A DNA stretch of 64,000 nt, from positions 85,597 through 149,596 of the forward strand of contig CAWFTF010000011.1 in the NCBI GenBank assembly GCA_963818645.1. The letters are read 5' to 3'. Below the pieces are notes generated by a model. The model saw only the letters and a list, made by a program, of their open reading frames with translations. It did not search any database and had not been told where the DNA came from. This DNA is from an uncultured Acidobacteriota bacterium. GTDB lineage: Bacteria; Acidobacteriota; Vicinamibacteria; Vicinamibacterales; UBA2999. Every line of letters starts with the position of its first letter. Positions within the stretch are counted from its first letter, which is position 1. This document shows positions 20,683 through 30,946 of this stretch, piece after piece. The position numbers and the translations under genes were made by a program.

Positions 20683-22588
20683 TTAGTCGATACCGAACGC
20701 CAACAGCACATTTCCGGCAGTGGCGCCAGTGCCCACTGCGTACCCGGACCCGACGTAGACCATTCCATCGACGATAACGGCGCCGGATGTGCTGATCGCG
20801 CCGCCATGCGCCACCATGCGATTCACCGTTTCAAACTCCTGCGACGTGTCGAACTCCCAGAGCTGTTTGCCGTCGGCGGCAGAGACCGCGTATAGCCTTC
20901 CATTCGATCCGCCCTGGAACACGACTCCGGGGATGACGGTCGGCGCGGCGCCGAGTGCGACGCCGCGACCTTCGGGCTGGAAGACCCACGCACGTTCGCC
21001 GGTCGCCGGGCGGATGGCCGCAAGCCCAGCGGCTCCCGCGCCGTAGTACACGTGCTGCGCGTCCGCGGCGCCGCCCCACACGATCGTGCCGCGGCCGCCG
21101 CGGCCGCCACCGGTCGGGCCGCCTGCCGCGTTCATCCGAAACAGGACTGCACCGTTGTTGTCGGGATCGAGTGCGAACACGTCAGCGCTCTTCGTCCCCG
21201 CCAGCAACGCGCGCTTGCCGTTGGGCAGCGTCGTGAGAATCGGCGAGTTGCCGATGTCCATGTCCGGACCCATCGGCGCTGGACACGCTTCACTCTTGGT
21301 TGGTCCGTTGCATCCGCCCATGAAGACGTCGTTCTCAGTCGCCTGATACGACCACAGCAGCTTCCCGGTGTTGATGTCGATCGCCATGATCGCATCGGTC
21401 GTCTTCGCCGGCGGGGCCGTGGTTGCGTCACCGGTCCCCACGTAAATCGCGTTGCGAGCCGGATCCACGGTCGGTGCATTCCACACCGCGCCGCCCGCGG
21501 GCTTGTAGAGCACGACGCCGTTCGGCATCGTGCGATACGGCTTCGGCTCTTCGGGTACGACCCAGGACTTCCAGATCTTCCTTACCGGTGCTTGCATCGA
21601 GCGCCACCACACTTCCTCGCGCCGTGCAGCACGGGTAATCGGGATGTCCGCTGCTGAACTCCTCGGACGATGACACTGGAACGAAGACCTTGCCGTTGTA
21701 GTACGTGATGCCGGCCGTGATGCGCGCGACGAAGTGCGGGTCGACCTTCGTCTTCCAGAGCTGACGGCCGGTCTGCGCGTCGAGCGCGTAGACGTTCGCG
21801 TGACCGTCACCGAAGAACACCGCGTAGCGCGCAGCGCCCTGACCGGTAACCGCACCCACCGTCGGCGAGTTGCGAACGATCGATCCCTGCTGGAACGACC
21901 AGTACACGCACCCGGTCTTGGCGTCGAGCGAATAGAAGAAGCCGTTGTCGCTGCCGACGAAGACGCGGCCGGCCACCACGGCCGGTTGCGCGTTGGCGGA
22001 CACGCCCGTCGGGAAGCCGAATGCCCACTTGAGTTTCAGGCGTGGTACCTGCGCGGCCGTGAGCCCTGCGGCGCCCGCCGTCTGGAATCGCGTGTTCGAG
22101 AGCCCGTTGCCCCAGCCATTCCATCCACGACCCTCAGCGGGATTGGCGAGCGTCGGATTGCTCGTGCACTGGTTCGGCATGCTCTTGCCGTCGCCCTCTC
22201 GTGCGCTTCCGAGCGGCCGGCCGGCCATGAACTCCGCCAGCGCTTTCTTCTGCGCATCGGTGAGTCCATTGCTCTGCGTCTGCATCGACCCGGTCGTCAA
22301 CGAGTCGTAGATGCGCTCAGGCGTCATCTCGCGAATGGCGTTAGGCGACGGGGCGCGCTCGACGGCTGGATTGCCATGGCAGCTGGTGCAACGCGTTTGA
22401 AATGTCGCGAAGCCGCTTTCGGTGCCGGGTGTGAATCCGCGTCCCCCTCCAGGAGGTGGAGGGGCTTGTGTCGCCGGCGCCTGGGCGCCTGCCTGGCCAG
22501 CGGCAGGGGCCTGCGCGTGCGTGACTGCGACGAAGAGACAGAGACCGAGGCCGAACCACAGAGCAGCCGAAAGAGTGTTCCTGTTCAC
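20683..22588 (-). pseudogene. PQQ-dependent quinohaemoprotein dehydrogenase (N-terminal haem c, PVA-dehydrogenase-like), frameshifted near 21580
   Basis: The N-terminal part is in ORF 21428..22840 (signal peptide, CTSCH, propeller blades). The C-terminal part is in ORF 20683..21855. The join ...ALDASTGKE|IWKSWVVPEEPKP... parallels the intact paralogues at 39834 and 57577. Confidence 0.8.
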
Positions 22589-22601
22589 GGGCGTAAAAAT
22601 A

Positions 22602-23693
22602 TCACTTTCCGAATCCCGATGGCCTGATCCAGAAGCGTCCACGCCACGTTGCGCCCGGGGCGATCGATTGAAGTTCACTATACGTCCCGCGGTGAGCCAT
22701 GTTGATGGCATTCGTGATGCTCGCCATCGGCTCGAAACAGATGAAATTCCTCTCCGCGGGTGGGGACGGTCCCTGCCCGCCGCGGCCTGCCCCTGATGGA
22801 CTCGGCGCCCAGACGACAACCGAGCGATATCCTTCGCCAATCACGACATCGAGACGCTGGTTCCTGCCCACGACCGACATCGTGGCCCGACCCATTGAAT
22901 CGCGCACCAGGTCGCTGAACACATCGTCGAGGCTGTAGTCGCGGAGAGGCGCGGACGAGGGATTGGGAAAGAGTTCCTCGATGGACAGCGTTTCCCCCGT
23001 CGGTACTTTGTTCGCGTCGAGCTTCCACTGAGTGCGAGCGCCGATCGAGATCGTCCACTCGTCGCGCGGGACGTCGGTCAACTGGAAGTAGGGATGAAAG
23101 CCGATCGCGACCGGCATGGTTTCGGCGCTGGTGTTCGTGATCGCAGTCTCCACTTCCAACTGGCCGTTTTCCAGGCGATACGTCATCTCGATCGTGTGGG
23201 CGAACGGCCACTGCTTCATCCACATCGGCTGACGGGCGAACTCGAGCCGGCTGGTGATCCATGCGGCTTCAGCGCTCGAGCGCAGCGCCGTGACCTGCCA
23301 TTGATCGGTGGTCGTGAGGAAGCCGTGAATCGGGATGTTTCCGCGGACGTTGCCGAGGCTCATGTCGAACGCGTAGCGCTTGCCGTTCGCGTAGAACGCC
23401 TGTTCGTCCAGGCGATTGGCCCACGGACCCATGAATGGGATCCCGGTGGCATTCGGTTGTGCCTTGAAGTCCGCGATCGTCTTGTGCGGGAATCGCAGCA
23501 CGTTCTGTCCCTTGACGCGCATCTCGAACGCGATGTTTCCGACCGACGGCATGATCGAAACGACAATGTCGGATGTGCGATCGGTGAGCCTGACGATGTC
23601 GCCGTCGCGGACGGCGCTATACCGCTGCGCCAGGACGGGCGACGCGAATGTGTTCGCGAGCACGACGAGCAAGAAGAGGCGAAACGTTTTCAT
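22602..23693 (-). CDS. Aldose 1-epimerase (galactose mutarotase-like), exported
   Basis: Signal peptide MKTFRLFLLVVLANTFASPVLA, GFHPYF motif, ATG 23693. Confidence 0.75.
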   Translation of the reverse strand: MKTFRLFLLVVLANTFASPVLAQRYSAVRDGDIVRLTDRTSDIVVSIMPSVGNIAFEMRVKGQNVLRFPHKTIADFKAQPNATGIPFMGPWANRLDEQAFYANGKRYAFDMSLGNVRGNIPIHGFLTTTDQWQVTALRSSAEAAWITSRLEFARQPMWMKQWPFAHTIEMTYRLENGQLEVETAITNTSAETMPVAIGFHPYFQLTDVPRDEWTISIGARTQWKLDANKVPTGETLSIEELFPNPSSAPLRDYSLDDVFSDLVRDSMGRATMSVVGRNQRLDVVIGEGYRSVVVWAPSPSGAGRGGQGPSPPAERNFICFEPMASITNAINMAHRGTYSELQSIAPGATWRGRFWIRPSGFGK

Positions 23694-23742
23694 GCGCGTA
23701 GCCAGAGGCCCAAAGCCCGCGAAACAGTGTATTCTCCCGCGC

Positions 23743-24651
23743 ATGAGAACTGCATATTTCATTGTGGCTATCGCGCTCGGCGTTGCGCTTCCGGAAACGA
23801 GTGATGCGCAGCTGTCGCCATCCGCCAATTGGGCGGCGCACACGGCGAATCAGTACCGAGTCGTGCCCGACGTCACGTACCTCACGGCCAGCAACTACGA
23901 ATCCAAGTTGGACATCTACGCGCGGCGCGACGTCACGACGCCGCAACCGACCCTCGTGTACTTCCACGGCGGATTCTGGGCAGCCGGCACGAAGGAGGGA
24001 TCGCTCCTCTCGCTCATCCCGTGGATGGAGATGGGGTGGAACGTCGTCAACGTGGAGTATCGATTGGCGCGCGTCGCTCCTGCGCCGGCGGCCGTCGAAG
24101 ACTGCCTCTGCGCGCTGCGCTTCCTCGCGGCGCAAGCCAAGACCTACAACATCGACGTGAACAAGATCGTGACGATGGGCGAGTCAGCCGGAGGACATCT
24201 GGCGCTGACGAGCGCGATGATTCCGGAGAGCGCGGGTCTCGATCGTCAATGCGCCGGCGCGACGCCGGTGCCCACGGTGGCCGCGGCAATCAACTGGTTC
24301 GGTGTCACGGACGTCAACGATGTCATCGATGGCCCCAATCGCGCCAACGCCGCGATGACGTGGCTTGGCAGCCTGCCGAATCGCACCGAGATCGCGAACC
24401 GGGTGTCGCCACTCAACTACGTTCGCAAGGGCCTGCCGCCGATCCTTTCGATCCACGGTGACGCCGATCGCGTCGTGCCGTACCAGCACGGCGTCCGGCT
24501 GCACGAGGCGCTCAACAAGGTTGGCGTCGTCAACCAGTTGATCACGATCCCGGGAGGCGGCCATGGCAACTTCACTCCGGAGCAGCGCACGATGATCTAC
24601 TCGACGATCCAGCAGTTCCTCAAGAAGAATGGACTCATGGTTGCTGAGTGA
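23743..24651 (+). CDS. Exported alpha/beta-hydrolase fold-3 esterase/lipase
   Basis: Signal peptide, oxyanion YFHGGFW, nucleophile GESAGG, late HGDAD...H. Confidence 0.8.
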   Translation: MRTAYFIVAIALGVALPETSDAQLSPSANWAAHTANQYRVVPDVTYLTASNYESKLDIYARRDVTTPQPTLVYFHGGFWAAGTKEGSLLSLIPWMEMGWNVVNVEYRLARVAPAPAAVEDCLCALRFLAAQAKTYNIDVNKIVTMGESAGGHLALTSAMIPESAGLDRQCAGATPVPTVAAAINWFGVTDVNDVIDGPNRANAAMTWLGSLPNRTEIANRVSPLNYVRKGLPPILSIHGDADRVVPYQHGVRLHEALNKVGVVNQLITIPGGGHGNFTPEQRTMIYSTIQQFLKKNGLMVAE

Positions 24652-26519
24652 AACGACTGCCCGCCGGCGCCACGGTCTACGTCGTCGCTCTCGTCGGAAC
24701 CGGCGCGGCAGCGCTGATCCGTCACGTCGTCGGTGATCTCGGCGGTCGTGGGCCACTCGGGCCGTTCTTCCTGGTCATTCTTCTCACGGGATGGCTTGGC
24801 GGATGGAAGCCGGGAGCCTTCGCCACGATTCTGTGCACGCTCGCTACGGGCTTCTTCGTCGAGCGCACGGGGTTCGCGTTCAACGATATCGGCGACGGCA
24901 TCGCAGTCGCGCTCTTCTTCGTCTTCGGTCTCCTCACCAGCTGGGTGTGTGAAATCAGTCATCGCCGGGGCCGTCGTCTGCAGGCGCAGGAGCAGGATCT
25001 GCACGCGGGACAGAGACTGCTCGAAGAAACCGAGGAGCGCTACCGGTTGCTCACCGAAGCGCAGTCCGGCATGGTGTGGACGCTGCGGCCCGACAACACC
25101 GTCGACTTCGTCAATTCCGCGTGGGTGTCGTACACCGGCCGCACACTGAAAGAGGTGGACGCCGACGGCTGGCGAGATCTGATCCATCCGGACGATCGCG
25201 AGGCCATGATCGCCACGATCACTACTCCACTCGAACGCGGCGAGCCGCACGAAGTGCAGGTCCGCTTTCGGCGTCACGACGGCATGTACCGCCGAGTGCT
25301 GTCGCGCGTCGTTCCGGTGCGGGATGCTGATGGCACGGTGGTGAAGTGGATCGGCACGACGACAGACATTCACGATCTGTGGCTGGCCCGTGAAGGCCTG
25401 CGTGAGAGTACGGTGAAGCTTCAGGAGAGCGAGAAGAGATTCTCCAGTGTGGCTTCCGCGCCGGTGATGATCTGGAGCTCCGGCCCAGACAAGCGGTGCG
25501 ACTGGTTCAACGAAGCGTGGCTCGCCTTTACCGGACGAACGCTCGAGCAGGAACTCGGTGATGGCTGGCTCGAGGGTGTGCACCCACAGGATCGAGAACG
25601 CTACGTCGATACGTACGTGCGCGCATTCGACGCGCGACAGCCGTTCACCATGGAGTACCGCCTTCGACATCACGACGGCACGTACCGTCGGATACTCGAC
25701 GAAGGTGTACCACGATCCATCGAAGGAAGGTTTTACGGCTACATCGGTTCCGCAGTCGACGTCACGGAGCAGCGGCTGCTCGAGGAGCAGTTGCTGCAGT
25801 CGAAGAAGATGGAGGCCGTGGGACAGCTGGCTGGTGGAGTCGCGCACGACTTCAACAACCTGCTGACGATCATCAACGGCTACACCGACCTGATGCTGGC
25901 CCGGTTCACGGCGGAAGACACGACGCGCCACGATCTCGAAGAGGTACGCATTGCCGGACAGCGCGCGGCGTCGCTCACGAGTCAGCTCCTGGCCTTCGGT
26001 CGCCGGCAGACCATGCAGCCAACGGTGCTCGATCTCGGTGTGGAAGTCGCCGAATCGGCAAAGACGCTGCGTCGTGTCCTCGGTTCTGACGTGGAGGTCT
26101 CAGTCGAGAGCGACGGCACGCGTGCGCAGACGAGAGCCGATCGCAATCAGATCGCGCAGGTGCTCCTGAACCTGGCAGTCAACGCTCGTGAGGCGATGCC
26201 CGATGGGGGGCGACTGACACTCGCCACCAGCGTCGTCGAATTCGGAGGCACCAATGCGAACCGCCACCCCAGGCTCATGCCGCGGCGCTACGTGCGGCTC
26301 GCGATCAGCGACACCGGCCACGGGATGACACCCGAGGTGAGGGCCAGAATCTTCGAGCCGTTCTTCACCACCAAAGAGTTCGGAAAGGGCAGCGGCCTCG
26401 GACTCTCCGTCGCTCACGGCATCGTCGAACAGAGCGGCGGCCACATCGAGGTCGAGAGCGAGCCCGGGCGCGGCACGACGTTTCTCATCTATCTTCCCTG
26501 CGTCAGCGACGTCTCTTGA
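24648..26519 (+). CDS. Sensor histidine kinase (DUF4118-like membrane module, two PAS domains, HisKA, HATPase_c)
   Basis: 623 aa with 3-4 N-terminal hydrophobic helices, two PAS-like blocks, an H-box HDFNNLL and N/G boxes. GTG 24648 overlaps the previous stop. No partner response regulator is adjacent. Confidence 0.85.
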   Translation: MKRLPAGATVYVVALVGTGAAALIRHVVGDLGGRGPLGPFFLVILLTGWLGGWKPGAFATILCTLATGFFVERTGFAFNDIGDGIAVALFFVFGLLTSWVCEISHRRGRRLQAQEQDLHAGQRLLEETEERYRLLTEAQSGMVWTLRPDNTVDFVNSAWVSYTGRTLKEVDADGWRDLIHPDDREAMIATITTPLERGEPHEVQVRFRRHDGMYRRVLSRVVPVRDADGTVVKWIGTTTDIHDLWLAREGLRESTVKLQESEKRFSSVASAPVMIWSSGPDKRCDWFNEAWLAFTGRTLEQELGDGWLEGVHPQDRERYVDTYVRAFDARQPFTMEYRLRHHDGTYRRILDEGVPRSIEGRFYGYIGSAVDVTEQRLLEEQLLQSKKMEAVGQLAGGVAHDFNNLLTIINGYTDLMLARFTAEDTTRHDLEEVRIAGQRAASLTSQLLAFGRRQTMQPTVLDLGVEVAESAKTLRRVLGSDVEVSVESDGTRAQTRADRNQIAQVLLNLAVNAREAMPDGGRLTLATSVVEFGGTNANRHPRLMPRRYVRLAISDTGHGMTPEVRARIFEPFFTTKEFGKGSGLGLSVAHGIVEQSGGHIEVESEPGRGTTFLIYLPCVSDVS

Positions 26520-26577
26520 CCGATGCTGGAGGCGGGCATACGCTTGCGTCCTGCGTTCACACCCCGGGAGGTTCTCG

Positions 26578-26970
26578 ATGCGACATCGCTTCGCCGTCGT
26601 GCTTGTGGCCGCAACACTCGTGGTGGTGGCAGGCTCCGTCTCCGCACATCATTCGGTCTCCGGGCAATACGATGCGTCCAGGCCGTTGACTCTGACCGGT
26701 GTGATCTCGAAGGTGGACTGGATCAATCCGCACATCTACCTGCACCTCGACGTCAAGGAGAAGGACGGCGCCGTCACGACGTGGACGCTCTCGACGCTGC
26801 CGACGGCGATGATGCGTCGCGCCGGGTTGACGAAGGAATCGCTGCAGGGACAGCCCGGAGAAGTCGTGACGATCACCGCGATCGCGGCCAGAGATGAGAC
26901 GAAGAAACTGGGCTGGATTTCCAAGATCACTTACGCGGACGGACATCACGTTCAACTCGGCAGGGATTAA
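26578..26970 (+). CDS. Small exported protein, DUF6152-like
   Basis: 130 aa. The signal peptide ends ...VSA, followed by HHSVSGQYD...LTG.I.KVDW.NPH, the pattern I associate with DUF6152. RBS GGGAGG. Confidence 0.55.
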   Translation: MRHRFAVVLVAATLVVVAGSVSAHHSVSGQYDASRPLTLTGVISKVDWINPHIYLHLDVKEKDGAVTTWTLSTLPTAMMRRAGLTKESLQGQPGEVVTITAIAARDETKKLGWISKITYADGHHVQLGRD

Positions 26971-26999
26971 TCAGGGTTGTGGAGTAAAGGAGAGCGGAC

Positions 27000-27890
27000 A
27001 TGACTCACCGATTTCCCTTCGGATGTCTCGTCGTAGCTGCGGTCGTTGCGATGAGCGCACCCGCGGCTGCACAAGGCCCGCGAATGACTGCCGAGCGTCT
27101 CGCTGAACTGGCGAAGAAGGCGACGCCTCATCTGGCCGACGGCAAGTCGGATCTCAATGGCACCTGGGATCACCTGGGCGGCATCGAGTTCGTGCGTCCG
27201 CAGAATCTCGACAATGGATCGGTGTGCGTCGTGGGATGCCCGCCGGCGGCAGCAGCGGGCGCGGGCGGAGCTGGTGCTCGTGCTGGCGGAGCCGGCGCGC
27301 GAGCTGGCGGCCCACCAGCCGCACCACCTGCGCCGAACTTCCCGAAGTACAAGCAGGAGTTCCTGGCCAAGGTGAAAGACCTGAGCGAACGGCAGGTCGA
27401 GGTCGATACCGCGCTGCAGTGCCAGCCGCCGGGCGTGCCGCGCATCGGGCCGCCCGCGAAGATCGTTCAGACGGCGCGCGAAGTGCTGTTCCTCTACGAC
27501 GATGTGAATGGGTCGTTCTTCAGAATCATCCCGACCGATGGCCGCGCGCATCGAAAGGATCTGCCGGCGAGTTATCTGGGCGACGCGATTGGAAGATATG
27601 AAGGCGATACGCTCGTGGTCGAGACGGTGAACTTCAACGAAGAGACGTGGCTCAGCGACAACGGCGCCTTCCACACGAAGGACCTGAAAGTCGTCGAACG
27701 GCTGCGCCGTGTTGGCGACACTCTTCAGTACGAAGCGACTGCATCCGATCCATCTGTGCTGGTCGAGCCGTGGAAGGAACGCACGCAGACGCTCTGGCTC
27801 ACCGACCGCGAGATCGAAGAGTCGCCGCGCTGCGAGGATCGCGACCTCGATCTAATCAAGGACGGGTCGCATCACGACAATCCGCGCTAG
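27000..27890 (+). CDS. Exported hypothetical protein (paralogue of 32760..33586)
   Basis: 296 aa with a signal peptide. Conserved blocks shared with the paralogue: DGK.DL.G.W, C.P.G.P, DGR, G.(Y/W)EGDTLVVET. An internal Ala/Gly-rich low-complexity insert is present. Confidence 0.6.
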   Translation: MTHRFPFGCLVVAAVVAMSAPAAAQGPRMTAERLAELAKKATPHLADGKSDLNGTWDHLGGIEFVRPQNLDNGSVCVVGCPPAAAAGAGGAGARAGGAGARAGGPPAAPPAPNFPKYKQEFLAKVKDLSERQVEVDTALQCQPPGVPRIGPPAKIVQTAREVLFLYDDVNGSFFRIIPTDGRAHRKDLPASYLGDAIGRYEGDTLVVETVNFNEETWLSDNGAFHTKDLKVVERLRRVGDTLQYEATASDPSVLVEPWKERTQTLWLTDREIEESPRCEDRDLDLIKDGSHHDNPR

Positions 27891-27985
27891 CTGGTGGGTG
27901 GTTAGTGGTTGGTGGTTGGCGGTTAGTGGTTTAGGCAGTAGGCAGTAGGCGGTTCACAGTTCACAGCGAACCGTGAACTGCCTAC
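27891..27985. repeat. GGTGGTT run, GGCAGTAG run and a short hairpin
   Basis: 27891-27931 holds GGTGGTT-type units, 27932-27951 holds GGCAGTAGGCAGTAGGCGG, and 27952-27985 holds TTCACAG repeats pairing with CGTGAACTGCCTAC. It overlaps the last codons of the gene ending at 27954. Confidence 0.7.
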
Positions 27986-29261
27986 TTAACTTCTTGGGCG
28001 CGAGTCGAACGATCGACGCTCCCTGCAGGATGTAGATCGACCCGTCGGGTGCCTGACGAACTTCGCGAACGCGTTGCTTCTCATCCGCCAGCAGTTGTTC
28101 CTCGGCAGTGACTCGCTCGCCATTGAGGACGAGCCGCACGAGGTGCTGACCGGCCATCGCGCCGATGAACAGGTTCCCTTTCCATTCCGGGAACATGTCG
28201 CCCGTGTAGAACATCATCCCCGACGGCGCGATCGAGGGCACCCAGTAGTAGATCGGCTCTTCGACGTCGGGCCTCGACGTGGCGCCGTCGCCGACGCGGA
28301 CGTTCTTGCGGCCATCGAGTTGCCGCGCGTCGTACTGACGTCCGTACGACACGTCGGGCCAGCCGTAGTCCTTGCCTGCGCGGACGATGTCGATCTCGTC
28401 GCCGCCCTGTGGTCCGTGGTCGATCATCCAGAGCTCGCCGGTCTGCGGATTAAGCGCAGCGCCCTCGGGATCCTTGAAGCCGTGCGCGAACGTCTCGGCG
28501 AGCACGGTCGCGCGGTTGAGCCAGGGATTGTCTTTGGGAATCGAACCGTCACGGTTGATGCGAATGACACGCCCGGTGAAGTTGCGGCGAATATCAGGGT
28601 TGTCGGCGAACGTGTGTTCCACGCCATCGAGGTCCGAATCGTAGAACCGGAAACGGTCGGCGCCGCCAACCAGCAGTGTGCCATCGCGCGCGATGACGAT
28701 GCGCCGCTCGACGCCTTCGGCAAGGACGTCGACATCTTCGAGCCTCGTGTTGTCCGCGCTCAGTTTTGCCCGCGCCACTCGCTCGGCTCCGAGTTGCATC
28801 GTCCGGCGTTCGACGAACGGCTTCGTCCAGACGCGCTCGTAGAAGAACTCGATCGGCCACGACGCTGGCGCCTCGCCCTTCGGCGGTGCGAAGTAGGTGA
28901 AGTAAAGCGTTCGGTTCTTCGCGAAGTCGGGATCGAGGACGACGTCGTGGAGCCCCTGTGCGGCGACCGACTTGACGCCCGGCACTCCTTCGAGCGGCGC
29001 AGAGACGACGCCCTCGGGCCTGACGATGCGCATCGTGCCGGAGTTCTGCGTCACGAGGATGTTGCCATCGGGCAGGAACGCGATCGCCCACGCGCCGGTC
29101 AGCCCCGTAGCGATCGTCTGCGTCGCGAACGGCGCCGAGGGCTTGGCCGGTTTCGGTGCATCCGTCTGCCCGGCGAATGCGGGCTTCGGTTCAGGCGATT
29201 GCGCGCTGACCGTGACCAGCGCCACGGTCAGCGTCGCGATGATGCAGAGTGATTTGCTCAT
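27954..29261 (-). CDS. PQQ-dependent sugar dehydrogenase (soluble glucose/sorbosone dehydrogenase, GSDH family)
   Basis: 435 aa with a signal peptide, ...AIAFLPDGNILVT..., ...HGPQGGDEI..., ...GKDYGWP... Confidence 0.8.
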   Translation of the reverse strand: MSKSLCIIATLTVALVTVSAQSPEPKPAFAGQTDAPKPAKPSAPFATQTIATGLTGAWAIAFLPDGNILVTQNSGTMRIVRPEGVVSAPLEGVPGVKSVAAQGLHDVVLDPDFAKNRTLYFTYFAPPKGEAPASWPIEFFYERVWTKPFVERRTMQLGAERVARAKLSADNTRLEDVDVLAEGVERRIVIARDGTLLVGGADRFRFYDSDLDGVEHTFADNPDIRRNFTGRVIRINRDGSIPKDNPWLNRATVLAETFAHGFKDPEGAALNPQTGELWMIDHGPQGGDEIDIVRAGKDYGWPDVSYGRQYDARQLDGRKNVRVGDGATSRPDVEEPIYYWVPSIAPSGMMFYTGDMFPEWKGNLFIGAMAGQHLVRLVLNGERVTAEEQLLADEKQRVREVRQAPDGSIYILQGASIVRLAPKKLSRQFTVRCEL

Positions 29262-29271
29262 CGATCGATGT

Positions 29272-29353
29272 CAACTGCCAACTGCCTAGCGACTACGACA
29301 CACCGACTGCCGAGGCACTGAGCCAAAATAGGCCTCGTGCCTACTGCCTCGTG
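29272..29353. repeat. CAACTGCC / CTACTGCC unit run with short complementary CGAGGC/GCCTCG pairs
   Basis: CAACTGCCAACTGCC ... CGACTGCCGAGGCAC ... GGCCTCGTGCCTACTGCCTCGTG. Confidence 0.55.
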
Positions 29354-29379
29354 TGACGTAATCGAGTAAGCAGGATCGC

Positions 29380-30876
29380 TTACGGCGCAGTGCACTTCCA
29401 ATTCGCCGCGTCCTTCATATTCCCGGTGCCGTTGTATTTCGCGTACTGGGGATACGCGCACAACGGTCGGCTCAGTCCGCTTTCAGGATTGAAGGCCGTG
29501 ATCTCGGCCGGCATCGTCCCCTTCTCGCGCCAGGCCTCGAGCGCACCGATCGTGTCGAACGTGTTGGGGCCGACTCCGCCACGACAGTGGCCCATGCCGG
29601 GGACCATGAAGAGTCGCGCGACGTCCTGCTTCTTGCCCATCTTGTCGCCGACGCTCTCGTAGTAGGCGACGGTGTTCTCGGGAGTGATACCCGTATCGCC
29701 CCAGCCCGCGTAGAGCAGCAGCTTGCCGCCGTGCGCCTTGAACTTCGTCAGATCTGGATCGGTCGCGTCCACGAAGCCGACCTTCGCGTCGATGATCGGC
29801 ATGTCGCGATCCAGGTTGAACGACTTCCAGTCGTAGTTCTCGTTCTGAAAGCCCCAGATGCGTACCGTGTCGTAGCCGCCGCCCGGCAGACCGGTCGGTG
29901 GACTGAGTGGCGGCAGCGGATTGCTCAATGCCTGTCCTGAGAAAATCAGCTCGCCTTTGCTGTTCTTCACGCCGCCGTAGAAGGTCTCGACAGTCTTCAT
30001 CTGCGCCGCGGTCAGGCAGTTCTCGGTGTCCTCGCCCGAGCACGCCAGCTTGGAGAAGTCGAAGCTGCATGAGCGCGGGTTGTTGACGAAGCCTTCCTTG
30101 TACTGGTCGCAGGCATTCATCAGCGCCTTCGATACCATTTCGGCCTTGGCCGGCGGAATGGCGCCCTCGGGGTGGCGTGCCAGCTCGATGTTCCGCGAGA
30201 CGCCGGCTGTGTGCATGTGAATGTGGCGGTTTGCGAGGGCACCGGCGATGATGCCGTCGTAGTCGTCAGGGAATCGCTGCGCCGCCATCACGCCCTGACG
30301 GCCGCCGGTCGAACATCCTTTGTAGTACGAGAGTTGCGGCGCCTTGCCGTAGAACTCGTCGACGAGCCGTTTCGACGTCACCGTCATCTCGTGCAGCGCG
30401 CGATGCGAGAAATCGACGATCTTCTCGGGGTGGCCGAGCGCGAACATCCCGTTCGGTCCGTCGGCGGCGGTGTGACCGGTATCGTTGCCGGCTGTCGCGT
30501 AGCCGCGGCGCAGCGCGACCTGCATCTCGCCATAGCCTTGAATCGACCCACCGAAGCCGCCGTTGCCGACCGCCATGAATTTGCCGTTCCAATCCGCGGA
30601 GGGGAGCCACAACTCGGCGTTGATGTTCGAATCGCTCGACGGCTTCAGCACCAGCTTCACGCGGCAATGCGCGGGAATCGGCTGCGCCGCCTGCGTTGGC
30701 GCATTGCCCTGGCCGCCTGGTTGCACGAATGGCCCCGCGGCAACGAGCTGCGCGCTCGTGATCGTGACGTTGGGAATCGAGACGGACGTCAAGGACTCAC
30801 ACGGCGCCGCGGCGACGATGGTGGAGAAGCACGCGGAACCGATGACAGCGATGAGTGCGGATGTTTTCAAATTCAT
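29380..30876 (-). CDS. Tannase/feruloyl-esterase family hydrolase, exported (copy 2)
   Basis: 498 aa from ATG 30876 (RBS GGGAG). It has the GCSTGG motif and is collinear with copy 1 over its whole length. Confidence 0.85.
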   Translation of the reverse strand: MNLKTSALIAVIGSACFSTIVAAAPCESLTSVSIPNVTITSAQLVAAGPFVQPGGQGNAPTQAAQPIPAHCRVKLVLKPSSDSNINAELWLPSADWNGKFMAVGNGGFGGSIQGYGEMQVALRRGYATAGNDTGHTAADGPNGMFALGHPEKIVDFSHRALHEMTVTSKRLVDEFYGKAPQLSYYKGCSTGGRQGVMAAQRFPDDYDGIIAGALANRHIHMHTAGVSRNIELARHPEGAIPPAKAEMVSKALMNACDQYKEGFVNNPRSCSFDFSKLACSGEDTENCLTAAQMKTVETFYGGVKNSKGELIFSGQALSNPLPPLSPPTGLPGGGYDTVRIWGFQNENYDWKSFNLDRDMPIIDAKVGFVDATDPDLTKFKAHGGKLLLYAGWGDTGITPENTVAYYESVGDKMGKKQDVARLFMVPGMGHCRGGVGPNTFDTIGALEAWREKGTMPAEITAFNPESGLSRPLCAYPQYAKYNGTGNMKDAANWKCTAP

Positions 30877-30889
30877 AGTCGGACTCCCA

Positions 30890-30946
30890 GGCGGGTCTAA
30901 AGACCCGCCTCTACCACCAACCACCTACCGCCTACTGCTTACTGCC
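30890..30946. repeat. GC hairpin followed by CCACCAA / CTACTGC units (reverse complement of the 27891-27951 motifs)
   Basis: GGCGGGTCT-AA-AGACCCGCC (30890-30909) is followed by TCTACCACCAACCACCTACCGCCTACTGCTTACTGCC. Confidence 0.65.

Noticed and set aside
24597-25931. 444-aa minus-strand ORF
   Set aside because: It is antisense to the histidine kinase, which has clear PAS, HisKA and HATPase motifs. The antisense translation is low-complexity.
27891-30946. Inverted repeats as the ends of an IS or transposon
   Set aside because: There is no transposase or integrase between or near them. The repeats belong to the same heptamer families seen at many other gene ends.
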